64,000 nt of DNA, taken from positions 10,375 to 74,374 of the forward strand of contig JAFUTV010000027.1 of NCBI GenBank assembly GCA_017484125.1, given 5' to 3'. This DNA is from Bacilli bacterium (GTDB lineage Bacteria > Bacillota_I > Bacilli_A > RF39 > UBA660). The notes beneath the pieces are model-generated. The model was not told where the DNA came from. It was given only the letters and a program-made list of their open reading frames with translations, and made no database searches. The position numbers and the translations under genes were made by a program. This document shows, in pieces, positions 1 to 10,568 of the stretch; position 1 is the stretch's first letter; every line of letters starts with the position of its first letter.

Positions 1-154
1 ATTTTAGGAACGGAAATATCCATTATCTCTTTTTTTAACATTGACGAACAGTTATTATAGACTATAACATCATAAGAAATATTATAGGAAAATACTACTT
101 TAGATATAATTGATTTAACCTTTTCAATAGATGATAAATCATCTTCAACTAATA
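1..154 (-). CDS. Response-regulator receiver domain, N-terminal part (CDS continues beyond window start)
   Basis: Minus-strand translation from ATG at 154..152 gives MKFVLVEDDLSSIEKVKSII..., matching the acidic start of a receiver domain. RBS AAGAGG lies 8-10 nt upstream. Not in the ORF track because the window truncates it. Confidence 0.45.
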
Positions 155-270
155 CAAATTTCATAAATTTCTACCTCTTTCTAATAGCCATTTTTTACCG
201 ACCTTTCCCATTTTATAGCCATAAAATAATTAATTCAACTTAATTTTTATGAGCTATAGGCAAGAGCACA

Positions 271-299
271 TTGCAAACTTTTTAAATGATTGCTATAAT
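271..299 (+). promoter_or_regulatory. Sigma-A-like promoter for the muramidase gene
   Basis: TTGCAA (271-276), 17-nt spacer, TATAAT (294-299), followed by RBS AAGAGAG and ATG at 325. Confidence 0.4.
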
Positions 300-324
300 A
301 CCTATATTAAAGAGAGTGAAAAAA

Positions 325-1530
325 ATGAAGAAAAAAATAATAGTAATAGGATTAATTTTATTAATAATAGTAATTAGTGTAATTTCTTTAAGATTAACTA
401 TATTTAAGGATGTTACTACTATTATTAATTTAGCAGATAATTTATCTTATGAATATAATGAACAAGTATACTTGTATGATACTATTTCTATATTTGATGG
501 ACAAATAATAACTGAAAACTATTTACTTGATACAGACTTTGTAGGAACTAAAGAAATAGAAATAAAATATAAAGATAGTAATAAATGGAAAAAAACATAT
601 AAGTATAGATATGAAGTCGAAGATAATACTACGCCATTACTACATGTTAGTAATAACTTATATGTTGAAGTTGGAAAAAGTGAAAAAGATGTTTTAAGTA
701 AAACTTTTTGTGGAGATAATTATGATCGAGAAGTAAGTTTAGAAATAATTGGTGATTTAGATTTAAACACCATTGGTAATTATGATGTAGCTATTAAAGC
801 AAGTGATGATAATGGAAATTCTGTTTCTAAAAATACAACTATTCATGTTTATCAAAAAAGTAATTATAGTAACAATAATAGCAATAATAATAACAATATA
901 AAAGGTGTTGATATTAGTTATTTTATTAAAAACTACAAAACAGATAATACTGCTATTGGCTTAGACTTATCATCTTATCAAAATGTAAGTGATTTTAATT
1001 TATTAAAAGAAAATGGTGTTGAATTTGTTATACTTAGAATAGGTTGGGGTCCAAATGAAGATATGACTTTTAATACAGATAATCACTTTGAAGATTTTTA
1101 TAAAAGAGCTAAAGAAGCAGGTTTAAAAGTGGGAGTATATTATTTTTCATATGCCACTAAACTTGATGAAGTAGACTATGAAGTAAATTATGTATTAGAC
1201 ACATTAAAAGATAAAGAAATAGACTTATTTATTTCATATGATTGGGAAAATTGGAATCTATTTAAAGATTGTCATATGAATTTTGTTGATTTAAATAAAA
1301 TGGCAACTAAATTTATGAGTATACTAAAAGATAAGGGATATAAAGCAGTTAATTATAGTAGCAAATCATATTTAGAATTAATATGGGATATTGATGGATT
1401 TGATACTTGGCTTGCTCATTATAATGATGAAACATCATATGAAAAAGACTTTAGCATTTGGCAAATTACAGATAAAGGTAGTATTGATGGAATTGATGGA
1501 TTAGTTGATGTTGATATTTTATACTACTAA
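325..1530 (+). CDS. Membrane-anchored glycoside hydrolase family 25 muramidase (lysozyme)
   Basis: The ORF-track frame opens at 286, but the likely start is ATG 325 (MKKKIIVIGLILL signal anchor) with a good RBS. The C-terminal half carries GH25 signatures (GVDISYF..., FVILRIGWG, YYFSYA). The N-terminal extracellular domain is unassigned. Confidence 0.7.
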   Translation: MKKKIIVIGLILLIIVISVISLRLTIFKDVTTIINLADNLSYEYNEQVYLYDTISIFDGQIITENYLLDTDFVGTKEIEIKYKDSNKWKKTYKYRYEVEDNTTPLLHVSNNLYVEVGKSEKDVLSKTFCGDNYDREVSLEIIGDLDLNTIGNYDVAIKASDDNGNSVSKNTTIHVYQKSNYSNNNSNNNNNIKGVDISYFIKNYKTDNTAIGLDLSSYQNVSDFNLLKENGVEFVILRIGWGPNEDMTFNTDNHFEDFYKRAKEAGLKVGVYYFSYATKLDEVDYEVNYVLDTLKDKEIDLFISYDWENWNLFKDCHMNFVDLNKMATKFMSILKDKGYKAVNYSSKSYLELIWDIDGFDTWLAHYNDETSYEKDFSIWQITDKGSIDGIDGLVDVDILYY

Positions 1531-1540
1531 TTATATTTAT

Positions 1541-1573
1541 AACTAAAAATAAATTATATTTTTAGTTTTTTTT
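1541..1573 (+). terminator. Rho-independent terminator between convergent genes
   Basis: Hairpin aactaaaaat/atttttagtt (10-bp stem, 7-nt loop) followed by a T6 run. It overlaps the 3' end of the minus-strand helicase gene. Confidence 0.4.
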
Positions 1574-3012
1574 ATTTCCTTAATAAATATTGACTTCTTA
1601 AATATTGGAGTAAGTAAGTAAACAATACTTTTAGTTCTTGTTAATGCAACATAAAATAGTCTTCTTTCTTCCTCATATTTATATAATTCCTTTGTTTTTA
1701 ATAAAGATAATATTTTATCATCCTTAATTTTAGAAGGAATACCATAAATATCATCTTTAACATTAAGTATAATTACAATATCACTTTCTAAGCCTTTTGA
1801 AGAATGTATTGTCATATATTTTAAATTATGTTTATCATTTTTTATAGTTAATTTACTATTATCAAGTTTATAATTATTTAAATAACTTTTTATATCAAAA
1901 TTATTTCTTCCAAGTATTAGTATTTCTTTATCTAAAGGTAATTTTTTAATAATTTTTAACAATATGCTTTCTTGAATAAAATAATAAACTATTATAATGG
2001 GATTATTTAATCTTTTTTTACTGATTAATTTTTTTCTTATTTGATAAGGATTTTTTTGAATAAAATTACCTGCCATATTAATTAATTCTTGTGAATTCCT
2101 GTATGTTTCATTTAAAAAATATGTTTTACTATTTTTATATTCTTTATTAAAGTTAATAAAAAGAGATAAATCACAACCTTGAAAACGATATATTGATTGA
2201 TAATCATCTCCGACTACACATAATCTAGAATTATTTTTATTAACTATTTCCTTTATTAAATTAAATCTGAGTCTAGAAGTATCTTGAAACTCATCAATAA
2301 TTATTAATTTATATGGTAAAATCACTTTATTTTCTTTAACTACTTTTGTAGCTAATTCTATCATTTTATCAAAATCTATTTCGTTAGATGAATTAAGTTC
2401 ATTTATATATATAGTATAAATTGTATAAATAATTATTAATAAATCTTTTTTATATTCATGCTTAATTAATTTTGTGAATTTAAGTAATAAATCATTGCTA
2501 TTCATATAAGATATAAATGATATAATAAGTCTTTTTAAGTTATTATATTTTTTACTATTTAATATTTTTTCATATTCTCTATTATTTCTAAATATATTAA
2601 TATTAAAATACTTATATATATAATTTAATAAGTAATTATTTCCAAATGCCTTGGTTTGAAAGAATTCATCTATAATACTCTCTAATAAATTAGAAGGTGC
2701 AATACTATAATTAATGTTTGATTTATCTAATATATTTAAGGATAATTTATGAAAAGTATATACATCTATATCTTTATTAGTAGCTTCTTTAATTTTGTTT
2801 TTTAAACTTTCTACTGCTTTATTAGTATAAGTAATTGCACATATTTCATTTTGATTTACTAAGTTATTTTCCAACATGTATTTTATTTTCCCAACTATTG
2901 TTAATGTTTTACCCGATCCTGCACCGGCAATTATAATTGATATATTGGGATTATCTATTATTGGAAAAGATTGTTCTTTACTTAAAATAATATTATTTAC
3001 TTTTATTTGCAT
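1543..3012 (-). CDS. Compact UvrD/PcrA-family superfamily-1 DNA helicase
   Basis: Walker A AGAGSGKT, motif II IIIDEFQD, motif III VVGDDYQSIYRFQG, motif V/VI TIHSSKGLESD...YVALTRTK. At 489 aa it is much shorter than PcrA or HelD. Confidence 0.8.
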   Translation of the reverse strand: MQIKVNNIILSKEQSFPIIDNPNISIIIAGAGSGKTLTIVGKIKYMLENNLVNQNEICAITYTNKAVESLKNKIKEATNKDIDVYTFHKLSLNILDKSNINYSIAPSNLLESIIDEFFQTKAFGNNYLLNYIYKYFNINIFRNNREYEKILNSKKYNNLKRLIISFISYMNSNDLLLKFTKLIKHEYKKDLLIIIYTIYTIYINELNSSNEIDFDKMIELATKVVKENKVILPYKLIIIDEFQDTSRLRFNLIKEIVNKNNSRLCVVGDDYQSIYRFQGCDLSLFINFNKEYKNSKTYFLNETYRNSQELINMAGNFIQKNPYQIRKKLISKKRLNNPIIIVYYFIQESILLKIIKKLPLDKEILILGRNNFDIKSYLNNYKLDNSKLTIKNDKHNLKYMTIHSSKGLESDIVIILNVKDDIYGIPSKIKDDKILSLLKTKELYKYEEERRLFYVALTRTKSIVYLLTPIFKKSIFIKEIKKTKNIIYF

Positions 3013-3065
3013 TAGAGTCCTCCTAATTATATTATTATAGTAAAAACTCTTATTTCCTTTTTTTA

Positions 3066-3096
3066 AAATAAAAAAAGACTTCTTTTTCTGAAGTCT
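3066..3096 (-). terminator. Rho-independent terminator (minus strand)
   Basis: Hairpin agacttc-tttttct-gaagtct with an A-run on the plus strand (U-run in the minus transcript), downstream of the 3105..4166 gene. Confidence 0.5.
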
Positions 3097-3104
3097 AATT
3101 ATAA

Positions 3105-4166
3105 CTATTTATTTCTATTAAGAAATAAAGAACAAATAATTCCTAAACCATATAAGAATGCAAAGAATTCTACTAATGAACCAACTACTGGTATTAATCC
3201 AATTATTTTAATTAAAAGAACACCAATAATTAACCCAATGTATACATTTTCTTTTTGTTTAAATAATTTAGTATAAATATTATTACCAATTATGTATGAA
3301 GCAAATATTACTGCAACGAAAAGAGCAATAATATATAAAGCAAATATAATACCAGCTAATAATACACCTACTTCAATTATTAAAGAAATAATTGCAAGTG
3401 CTGGTACAATAATTAATAATCCTAAACCACATAAAATTTTCTTAAAGATATCACTTGCTTTTAGTTCATATTCAATTTTATCAAATAATTTAGGGAATAT
3501 TACTATTAGAACTATACCGGCAAATATTAACGCTAAAATTGATAATACAAGATCTATTACTTTATTTCTAAAACTAATATTATAAGACCCATTTTTATAT
3601 ATTTCTTTAGATCCTACTATTAAGTTATTTTCTCCTTTAATAACTGCATTATCATTAATAATAAGTTTACCAGTTATTACAACATTACCGTTCATTTCTA
3701 ATTGACCGGCACTAACATTTAAATCACCATTAATAGTAACATTATCCAAATATAATATATTTGCCCCAACAAAAGCATTACCTGAAATATTTGATAAAAT
3801 ACGAACGTCGTTTCCTGCAATATATGCATCTCTTTCTAATATTGCTTCTCTATCTATTTTAACTTCATTTCCAGCTGCAAATAAATCATTTTTAACATTC
3901 GCAGAAATAGTAACACTCTCACCAGCAACAGCACCATAAGATACGCTACCATTTAATTCAACACTAGATCCTGCAGCAAATCCAATACCATTAATTTCCC
4001 CATTTGATTTTACATTTTTACCTGCAATAAAAACAGAATGATTATAAGAATTACTATCATTAATATCACTATCTACCTTAAAATAATCTCCTTCTGCTTT
4101 AACAAAACTTATTGGTAGTAAAACCACTAATAGTAACAGCAATAAACTATATACTTTTTTCTTCAT
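3105..4166 (-). CDS. Secreted beta-helix (bactofilin/DUF4097-like repeat) domain fused to a C-terminal four-helix membrane domain
   Basis: Likely start MKKKVYSLLL at 4166 with RBS AGGGAGAAAG. Signal peptide, then repeated (A/V)(A/G)GN-V-I beta-helix-type repeats, then four hydrophobic helices. Function unknown. Confidence 0.6.
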   Translation of the reverse strand: MKKKVYSLLLLLLVVLLPISFVKAEGDYFKVDSDINDSNSYNHSVFIAGKNVKSNGEINGIGFAAGSSVELNGSVSYGAVAGESVTISANVKNDLFAAGNEVKIDREAILERDAYIAGNDVRILSNISGNAFVGANILYLDNVTINGDLNVSAGQLEMNGNVVITGKLIINDNAVIKGENNLIVGSKEIYKNGSYNISFRNKVIDLVLSILALIFAGIVLIVIFPKLFDKIEYELKASDIFKKILCGLGLLIIVPALAIISLIIEVGVLLAGIIFALYIIALFVAVIFASYIIGNNIYTKLFKQKENVYIGLIIGVLLIKIIGLIPVVGSLVEFFAFLYGLGIICSLFLNRNK

Positions 4167-4214
4167 ATCTTTCTCCCTTTCTATAAAAAATATTAACACA
4201 AAAACATTATTATT

Positions 4215-4257
4215 ACAATAATAATAAAAATTTAAAACCCCTATATTTAGGAGTTTT
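4215..4257 (-). terminator. Rho-independent terminator for the P-type ATPase gene
   Basis: aaaacccc...ggagtttt hairpin (one G-U wobble) followed by a T-rich stretch in the minus transcript. Confidence 0.45.
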
Positions 4258-4271
4258 AAATTAAGTTACTT

Positions 4272-6632
4272 TTAACTTACTTTATATATATCTGATTCTA
4301 CCTTAATAGTCTTGTCTAATTTACTAAATATGGCCGTAATTGCAAAATTTAATAACTTATAAATATAAAATGAATCAAGTGCAAGAACTATTACTATTAA
4401 CCAACTAACATTATTCATAGGTACTAAATTAAAGAATGTTGGTTGGAAAAATAAACAATATATAAATCCTAATGTCATTACACCAAATAATGTTCCACGA
4501 TAAACATTTAAAGGATAACATATTTTAAATAAATAGTATAATCCTGTTATTGTAGTTAAAATTACACTAATAGTACTTTGAAGTTCATAAGATAAACTAA
4601 ATCCTGATGAAAAAGCACTTACTATAACGACATTAAATACGACTGTTAAAGCTGTTGGCAAAGCTTTAGCAAACACTTTAAATAAGAAATTACCAGATAC
4701 TAAATCAGAATTAGGCTCAAGTGCTAAAATAAACGATGGTGCGCCAATTGTAAATGTTGTAATAAAAGTTAATTGTATTGGAATAAAGAAGTATTTTTGA
4801 AATGATACAATTGAAAATATTATTAACATTATTGTATATAAAGTTTTAACTAATAGTAAAGATGCACTTCTTTGAACATTATTAATGGTTTGACGTCCTT
4901 CAGCAACAACTTTAGGAAGAGAATTAAAGTCGTCATCTAATAATATAAGTTGTGATACATTTCTAGCAGCATCAGTTCCAGATTTTACCGAAATAGCGCA
5001 ATCAGATTCTTTTAAAGCTAAAACATCATTTACACCATCTCCAGTCATAGCAACAGTATGACCTTGTTTTTTCAAATGTTGAATAATATATTTTTTTTGT
5101 TCCGGTTTAACTCTACCAAATATTTGATATTCATCGATTATACTGTCTAATTCTTCGTTAGTGAGATCACCAATATCAATACCATTTATATCAGTTAATC
5201 CTACTTTTCTAGCAATAGACATGACTGTTTTTACATTATCACCTGAAATAATTTTAACTAATACATCATTATTTTTAAAATACTCTAAAGTATCTTTAGC
5301 AGATGGTCTAATTACATCTTCGATTAAAATATATCCAACACATTCAATAGATTTTAATTTAGTGTCAATCTTTCCTTTTTTTATACCTAGTGCTAATACT
5401 CTATAATCTTCAATATACTTATCAATTTTTTTATCTACTTTTGATTTTAATAAAACATCTGGAGCACCTAAATAAAGTGAATAATTATCAAATTCTATTG
5501 CTGAATATTTTCTATCTGATGAAAATGATACTTTATCATTTGCTTCAATTTTATCGCCTTGATAAAAATCTTTTAAAGCCATCATAGTTTGATTAGTGTC
5601 TTCACTTGCTAGTGTATAATCAGATAAATAATCTTCTAATTCATTTTTAGTATGATTTTTTGCAGGAATAAGTTCACACACTGCCATTTTACCTTCAGTA
5701 AGTGTTCCAGTTTTATCTAAGCAAATAGCATCAACTCTAGCAAGCGTTTCAATAGCATATAATTGTTGAACTAATACATGTACACGATATAGTTTTATTA
5801 CTCCTACAGCCATAACTGAAGATGTTAAAAGTACTAATCCTTCCGGTATCATACCAATTAATGAAGCAACAGTAGTAAATATAGATTCTGGTAAGTTATT
5901 TGTTACCATATATTGATTTATTAACATTACTATTCCTATAGGAATAATTAGAATTGATAGTATTTTTAACATTTTAGTAAATGATTCCATTACTACTGAA
6001 TTAACATCTTTTTTATATTTTGCTTCATTAGAAATCTTAGCTACATAATTATCTTTTCCAACATGAATTACTTTAGCAGTTGCATTACCTGATACAATAA
6101 ATGAACCAGATAATAGTTCATCACCTTTTTTCTTTTTAATTGAATCACTTTCACCAGTTATAAGAGATTCATTTACTTCAAGTTCACCTTCTAAAATAAC
6201 TGAATCAGCAACTATTTGATGTCCTAAAGATAATTTAATAATATCATCTAATACTATTTCTTCTAAAGTTAGTTCTTTTATTTCACCATCTCTTAATACA
6301 TCTACTTTTGTTTCACTAACAACAGCTAATTTATCTATTATTTTCTTAGATATTATTTCTTCAATAATGCTTATAATAGAATTAACTATTATAACCCCCA
6401 TAAATAAGCAATTTTTAAGGCCATAAAAAACGTTTCCATTTATAACACTAGCTATAAATACAGCTAAACCTAATGCAAGGTTAAGATAATTAAAATATGT
6501 AAAAAAATTATCTCTAATTATTTCTTTTATAGTTTTAGTTTTAGGAGCATCATCATAGTTTACTAAACCTTTATTAACTCTAATTGATACTTCTTTACTC
6601 GTTAATCCTTTTTTTATGTCTACCGCTTCCAT
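4272..6632 (-). CDS. P-type cation-transporting ATPase (type II, Ca2+/Mg2+-like)
   Basis: Phosphorylation motif CLDKTGTLT, hinge TGDGVNDVLALK, PEGL motif in TM4, roughly 10 TM segments. Confidence 0.85.
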   Translation of the reverse strand: MEAVDIKKGLTSKEVSIRVNKGLVNYDDAPKTKTIKEIIRDNFFTYFNYLNLALGLAVFIASVINGNVFYGLKNCLFMGVIIVNSIISIIEEIISKKIIDKLAVVSETKVDVLRDGEIKELTLEEIVLDDIIKLSLGHQIVADSVILEGELEVNESLITGESDSIKKKKGDELLSGSFIVSGNATAKVIHVGKDNYVAKISNEAKYKKDVNSVVMESFTKMLKILSILIIPIGIVMLINQYMVTNNLPESIFTTVASLIGMIPEGLVLLTSSVMAVGVIKLYRVHVLVQQLYAIETLARVDAICLDKTGTLTEGKMAVCELIPAKNHTKNELEDYLSDYTLASEDTNQTMMALKDFYQGDKIEANDKVSFSSDRKYSAIEFDNYSLYLGAPDVLLKSKVDKKIDKYIEDYRVLALGIKKGKIDTKLKSIECVGYILIEDVIRPSAKDTLEYFKNNDVLVKIISGDNVKTVMSIARKVGLTDINGIDIGDLTNEELDSIIDEYQIFGRVKPEQKKYIIQHLKKQGHTVAMTGDGVNDVLALKESDCAISVKSGTDAARNVSQLILLDDDFNSLPKVVAEGRQTINNVQRSASLLLVKTLYTIMLIIFSIVSFQKYFFIPIQLTFITTFTIGAPSFILALEPNSDLVSGNFLFKVFAKALPTALTVVFNVVIVSAFSSGFSLSYELQSTISVILTTITGLYYLFKICYPLNVYRGTLFGVMTLGFIYCLFFQPTFFNLVPMNNVSWLIVIVLALDSFYIYKLLNFAITAIFSKLDKTIKVESDIYKVS

Positions 6633-6762
6633 TTTAAATCACCTATTATCTATATAAATAATACCATATTTTACTCACTTTTAAAAATTATTTAATAATT
6701 ACTATACAGTAAAAAGTAAAACATTTATAATATTATTATTATTATTTTTTTTACTAATATAC

Positions 6763-7686
6763 TTAATTATTTTTATGTTTATTAACTAAATCTTTAATTT
6801 TTCTAAAATAATGATTTATTCCAGATTTAGAAATATTTTTTTCTGTTTCTAAACTAACAATTTGAGCTAATTCTGAAAAAGATGTTTCAGGATATTTTAA
6901 ACGATATTCAATAACTTCTTGAGTCCTTTCATCTAATAGATTAATTAAATCATGTTTTTTTAAATATTTAATATCTTCAATTTGTTTTAATCCAGTTTCT
7001 ATTACTTTTTCTTGATTAGCTAAATCAACATTATTTAATCTATTAACCATATTTTTATGATCACGATATATTCTTATATCTTCAAAATAAAATAAGGAGT
7101 TTGTAGTTTGAAATAGTTTTAAAACATCACTTATCATTTCTGATTGTTTTATATATATCATGTATTTATTGTTTCTTTTTAATATTTTTGATTCAATTCT
7201 AAATTCTTTTAATAATTTATTAATATATTGTGCATCCTTTTTTAAAGAAACAACAAATTCTAAATGATAACCACTTTTTTTAGGATCATTTATACTACCA
7301 CAGGATAAAAATAATCCTTTAAGATATGATGCTTTATCTTCTTCTGTATCTAAAAAGTATTGTTCTGGTAGTATAAATTTATTATCTTTTACTATATTTA
7401 GTTTTTCTAATATCTTATTAACATTTTCAGTTATTGTAAGTATATATATTTGTTTTGTTTTAAATCTCTTTTGAATTCTTATTTGAATATGTGGTGTAAT
7501 CATAAATAATTTTTTAAACATTTTATATACACACCTTGCAACATGAGCATTTTCCATTACTAAAGTAATATTATTATTTTTAAAATTACCCGAAAATTTA
7601 ACAAAAGCAGATAACTCCGGTAATATATCTAAATAATCATTAGAATTAATTGCTATTTCTTCTTTAACTTGCATAGTAAATGTCAT
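6763..7686 (-). CDS. whiA: DNA-binding protein WhiA
   Basis: LAGLIDADG-like core (LKGLFLSCGSINDPKKSGYHLEF) plus a C-terminal HTH. Start refined to ATG 7686 (MTFTMQVKEEI) with GGTGA as RBS. Confidence 0.75.
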   Translation of the reverse strand: MTFTMQVKEEIAINSNDYLDILPELSAFVKFSGNFKNNNITLVMENAHVARCVYKMFKKLFMITPHIQIRIQKRFKTKQIYILTITENVNKILEKLNIVKDNKFILPEQYFLDTEEDKASYLKGLFLSCGSINDPKKSGYHLEFVVSLKKDAQYINKLLKEFRIESKILKRNNKYMIYIKQSEMISDVLKLFQTTNSLFYFEDIRIYRDHKNMVNRLNNVDLANQEKVIETGLKQIEDIKYLKKHDLINLLDERTQEVIEYRLKYPETSFSELAQIVSLETEKNISKSGINHYFRKIKDLVNKHKNN

Positions 7687-7744
7687 AGTTATCACCATAA
7701 AAATAATACCATAAATACTTAAAAAAAAGAAGTAAATACTACAT

Positions 7745-8947
7745 TTACCTCTTATACCACCATACTCCTCTTGCAGGAAATCCTGGAGGATTAATTAAAT
7801 TAGAAACAAATTTAGACCAACTATTATAATCTACATGATACCATCCAGTTGCAACTCCATAATGAAGGTGGGCACCATAAGCACATGAATCATAGCCACC
7901 ACTATAATATTTAGATGTAGAATATCCACCAACAGTACCTACAACAGTATCAGTTGTAACCATTTGATTTAATTTTACTTTAATTTCTAACATGTGGGCA
8001 TATTGAACTGTATATCTTTGTCCATTAACAGTTACATGTAGATATACTATATTTCCACCACAACTTGATCTATATGTAATTGCAGCTACTCTTCCTGCAG
8101 CAGTTGCATATTCATATGTTCCTTCACTATTTCCCGCAATATCAATACCTGGATGGAAATTATTATCAAAAGATCTATAACCAAATCCAGATGATACTCT
8201 ACCTTTTACTGTTGGTTTTCTCCAACCAAAACTTTGAGGATCATTAGTACATGTTGATAAAAGTTGAGTTTCACTATCACATATTGATTGATAATATTTA
8301 ATTGTTTCTTCTTGTGCTTTAATTTGAGTATCAATATCTTCACTAATTTCATCAATTGCTTCAAGTTGATTATTTAAACTTGATAAAGCATTACTAAAGT
8401 TTGTTATTTTAACATCTAAATCTGCATTCTTATCAGCTAATTCTACTTGTAGATTTTGTTTTTCTTTTATTAAACTATTTAGTGTTTTAATCTTATTATC
8501 ATAATATGAAGTTATTTGTTCAACAGCTTTCATTCTCATTATTAAATCTGTAATAGATGATACATCAGTTACATAATCTATATAGTTATTATTATCATTT
8601 GATACTTGATAATATCTTAAAATATTATCAATATCTTCACTGGCTGTTTTTATACTTTCTTCAGATTCAACGATTTTATTTTTAGCATCTTCAACTTCAT
8701 TTGCAATATTTTCTTTTTCTTTATATGCATTATAAATATTGTTCTTTTTTGTATTTATTTCACTTTGAGTTTCACTTTTAGCATTTGCTTGTGCTTGTTT
8801 TTGAGATTTTAATTCTGCCAAGTGTTCTTTTAGTTCTAAAATATTAGTTGCTTGCTTTGCTTGGACAGTTAGTGGAGTAAATAGATAACTAAAAGATATT
8901 AATAAAGCTAAAAGTATTCTAAAACAATAATTTTTAATTTTTCTCAT
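7745..8947 (-). CDS. Coiled-coil M23 peptidase (EnvC/PcsB-like FtsEX-associated hydrolase)
   Basis: Long N-terminal coiled coil. C-terminal M23 motifs HPGIDIAG...HLHYGV. Directly downstream of ftsE-ftsX. Confidence 0.8.
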   Translation of the reverse strand: MRKIKNYCFRILLALLISFSYLFTPLTVQAKQATNILELKEHLAELKSQKQAQANAKSETQSEINTKKNNIYNAYKEKENIANEVEDAKNKIVESEESIKTASEDIDNILRYYQVSNDNNNYIDYVTDVSSITDLIMRMKAVEQITSYYDNKIKTLNSLIKEKQNLQVELADKNADLDVKITNFSNALSSLNNQLEAIDEISEDIDTQIKAQEETIKYYQSICDSETQLLSTCTNDPQSFGWRKPTVKGRVSSGFGYRSFDNNFHPGIDIAGNSEGTYEYATAAGRVAAITYRSSCGGNIVYLHVTVNGQRYTVQYAHMLEIKVKLNQMVTTDTVVGTVGGYSTSKYYSGGYDSCAYGAHLHYGVATGWYHVDYNSWSKFVSNLINPPGFPARGVWWYKR

Positions 8948-9837
8948 ATTTTTAAATACTTCCTAACAGCGTGATGGCTTCCAAGCATACCAACAACGCC
9001 ACCAATAATTACTAATATAATTGAAATAAAGAATAATAATTCATTTGGAGATACAAGCTCAATCATATGAGAGAATATATGTCCATCAAAGAAATCATAA
9101 GTTAATATATATGCATATATTGTTAATAATACTGGAATTATTGATCCTAATATTCCTAGGAATAATCCTTCAAACTCAAATGGTAGTTTAATTGCAATAT
9201 TTGATGTACCAACAAGACGCATAATTTCAATTTCACTTCTTCTAGCATATATTGCAAGTCTAATTGTATTACTTATTAAGAATGCTGTAACTACAATTAA
9301 AGCAATAACTATAACAAGAGCTACTTTTTCAATTACTCTAAATATACTTATCATTTGATCAACGCTATCTTTACCATATGTAGCCGAATAAACTCCATCA
9401 ATTTCAGATATCTTATCCGTTGTTGCAGATAAATCACTTACATTTTTAACTTTAACAAGAAGTGAATCGAACAATGGGTTATCTTCCATATCTTCCAAAA
9501 TAGAATCAAGTTCACCTAAAGATTCTTGCATTTCTTTTTTCCATTCATCTTTTGATTTAAATACTAATGATTCAAAAGAAGACATATTTCGTATTTGATT
9601 TTCTATATCCTTTTCCTTGTTACTATCAATATCATTTGATAAATATACAACAATTGTTAATTCTTTTTCAATAGATGCAGTAAAGTGATTAACATTTGAT
9701 GATAAAACAAGTGATATTGCTACTAGTATTAAGGTAATTGTAATACATATAATAGATGCAATTGATAAACTAAAGTTTCTAAATACACTTTTAAAAGCAT
9801 CTCTTATACTTCTAAATAAAATTCTAATTGCTCTCAT
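8944..9837 (-). CDS. ftsX: Cell-division ABC transporter permease FtsX
   Basis: Four-TM FtsX topology with a large extracellular loop. Overlaps ftsE (ATGA-type coupling). Confidence 0.8.
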   Translation of the reverse strand: MRAIRILFRSIRDAFKSVFRNFSLSIASIICITITLILVAISLVLSSNVNHFTASIEKELTIVVYLSNDIDSNKEKDIENQIRNMSSFESLVFKSKDEWKKEMQESLGELDSILEDMEDNPLFDSLLVKVKNVSDLSATTDKISEIDGVYSATYGKDSVDQMISIFRVIEKVALVIVIALIVVTAFLISNTIRLAIYARRSEIEIMRLVGTSNIAIKLPFEFEGLFLGILGSIIPVLLTIYAYILTYDFFDGHIFSHMIELVSPNELLFFISIILVIIGGVVGMLGSHHAVRKYLKI

Positions 9838-10525
9838 GTACTCTATAACTTCCTTTCATTTTATCACCAACTTTTACGCCATTTTCTATTGTAATAACTC
9901 TTTTTTTCATTCTATTAACTATTTCTTTGTCATGAGTAGCCATTATAACTGTTGTTCCTAAATCTCTATTAATACTTTCAATTACATCCATAATTTCTTT
10001 AGATGTTTCAGGATCAAGGTTTCCAGTAGGTTCATCGCATATAAGTAAACGAGGATTATTAACTATTGCTCTTGCAATACATACCCTTTGTTGTTCTCCA
10101 CCAGACAATTGACTAGGAAATACTCTAATTTTATCTTTTAATCCAACTCTTTCAAGAGAATCTAATACTTTTGGTTTAATCTCACTTGCTTTTAAGCCTA
10201 AAGTTTCTAAACCAAAAGCCACATTTTCATATACAGTTAATTTAGGAAGTAGTTTAAAGTCTTGAAATACTACACCAAGTTTTCTTCTTAATTTATATAC
10301 TTTTGAATTACGAAGTTTAGCAACATTAATACCACCTACAATAACAGTTCCTTTAGTAGGTTTTTCTTCTCTATATAATAGTTTAATTAATGTTGATTTA
10401 CCACTGGCAGTTTGACCTATAATAAATACAAATTCTCCTTTGTCTATTTCAAGATCAAGTCCAGCTAATCCAGTCACACCATTTTTATATACTTTTGAAC
10501 AATCTTTAATATCAATTAACTTCAT
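9824..10525 (-). CDS. ftsE: Cell-division ABC transporter ATPase FtsE
   Basis: Walker A GQTASGKST, ABC signature LSGGEQQR, Walker B LLICDEPTGNLD. Confidence 0.9.
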   Translation of the reverse strand: MKLIDIKDCSKVYKNGVTGLAGLDLEIDKGEFVFIIGQTASGKSTLIKLLYREEKPTKGTVIVGGINVAKLRNSKVYKLRRKLGVVFQDFKLLPKLTVYENVAFGLETLGLKASEIKPKVLDSLERVGLKDKIRVFPSQLSGGEQQRVCIARAIVNNPRLLICDEPTGNLDPETSKEIMDVIESINRDLGTTVIMATHDKEIVNRMKKRVITIENGVKVGDKMKGSYRVHESN

Positions 10526-10568
10526 TTTAATTCTCCTTATTTTTTATAATTATAACAAATTATTATTA

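Noticed and set aside
286-324. ORF-track start at 286 for the muramidase (MIAIIPILKRVKK...).
   Set aside because: This start would lie inside the predicted -10 element. ATG 325 has a proper RBS and begins a signal anchor.
325-1530. Possibility that the GH25 lysozyme marks a prophage lysis module.
   Set aside because: It has an N-terminal signal anchor and an extra extracellular domain. There is no holin, terminase, integrase or attachment-site repeat nearby. A housekeeping autolysin is more likely.
3292-3585. 97-aa plus-strand ORF inside the minus-strand beta-helix membrane-protein gene.
   Set aside because: Antisense shadow ORF with low-complexity I/N/T-rich translation and no RBS.
5161-5587. 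Two plus-strand ORFs (81 and 65 aa) inside the P-type ATPase gene.
   Set aside because: Antisense to a gene with unambiguous P-type ATPase motifs, and the translations are low complexity.
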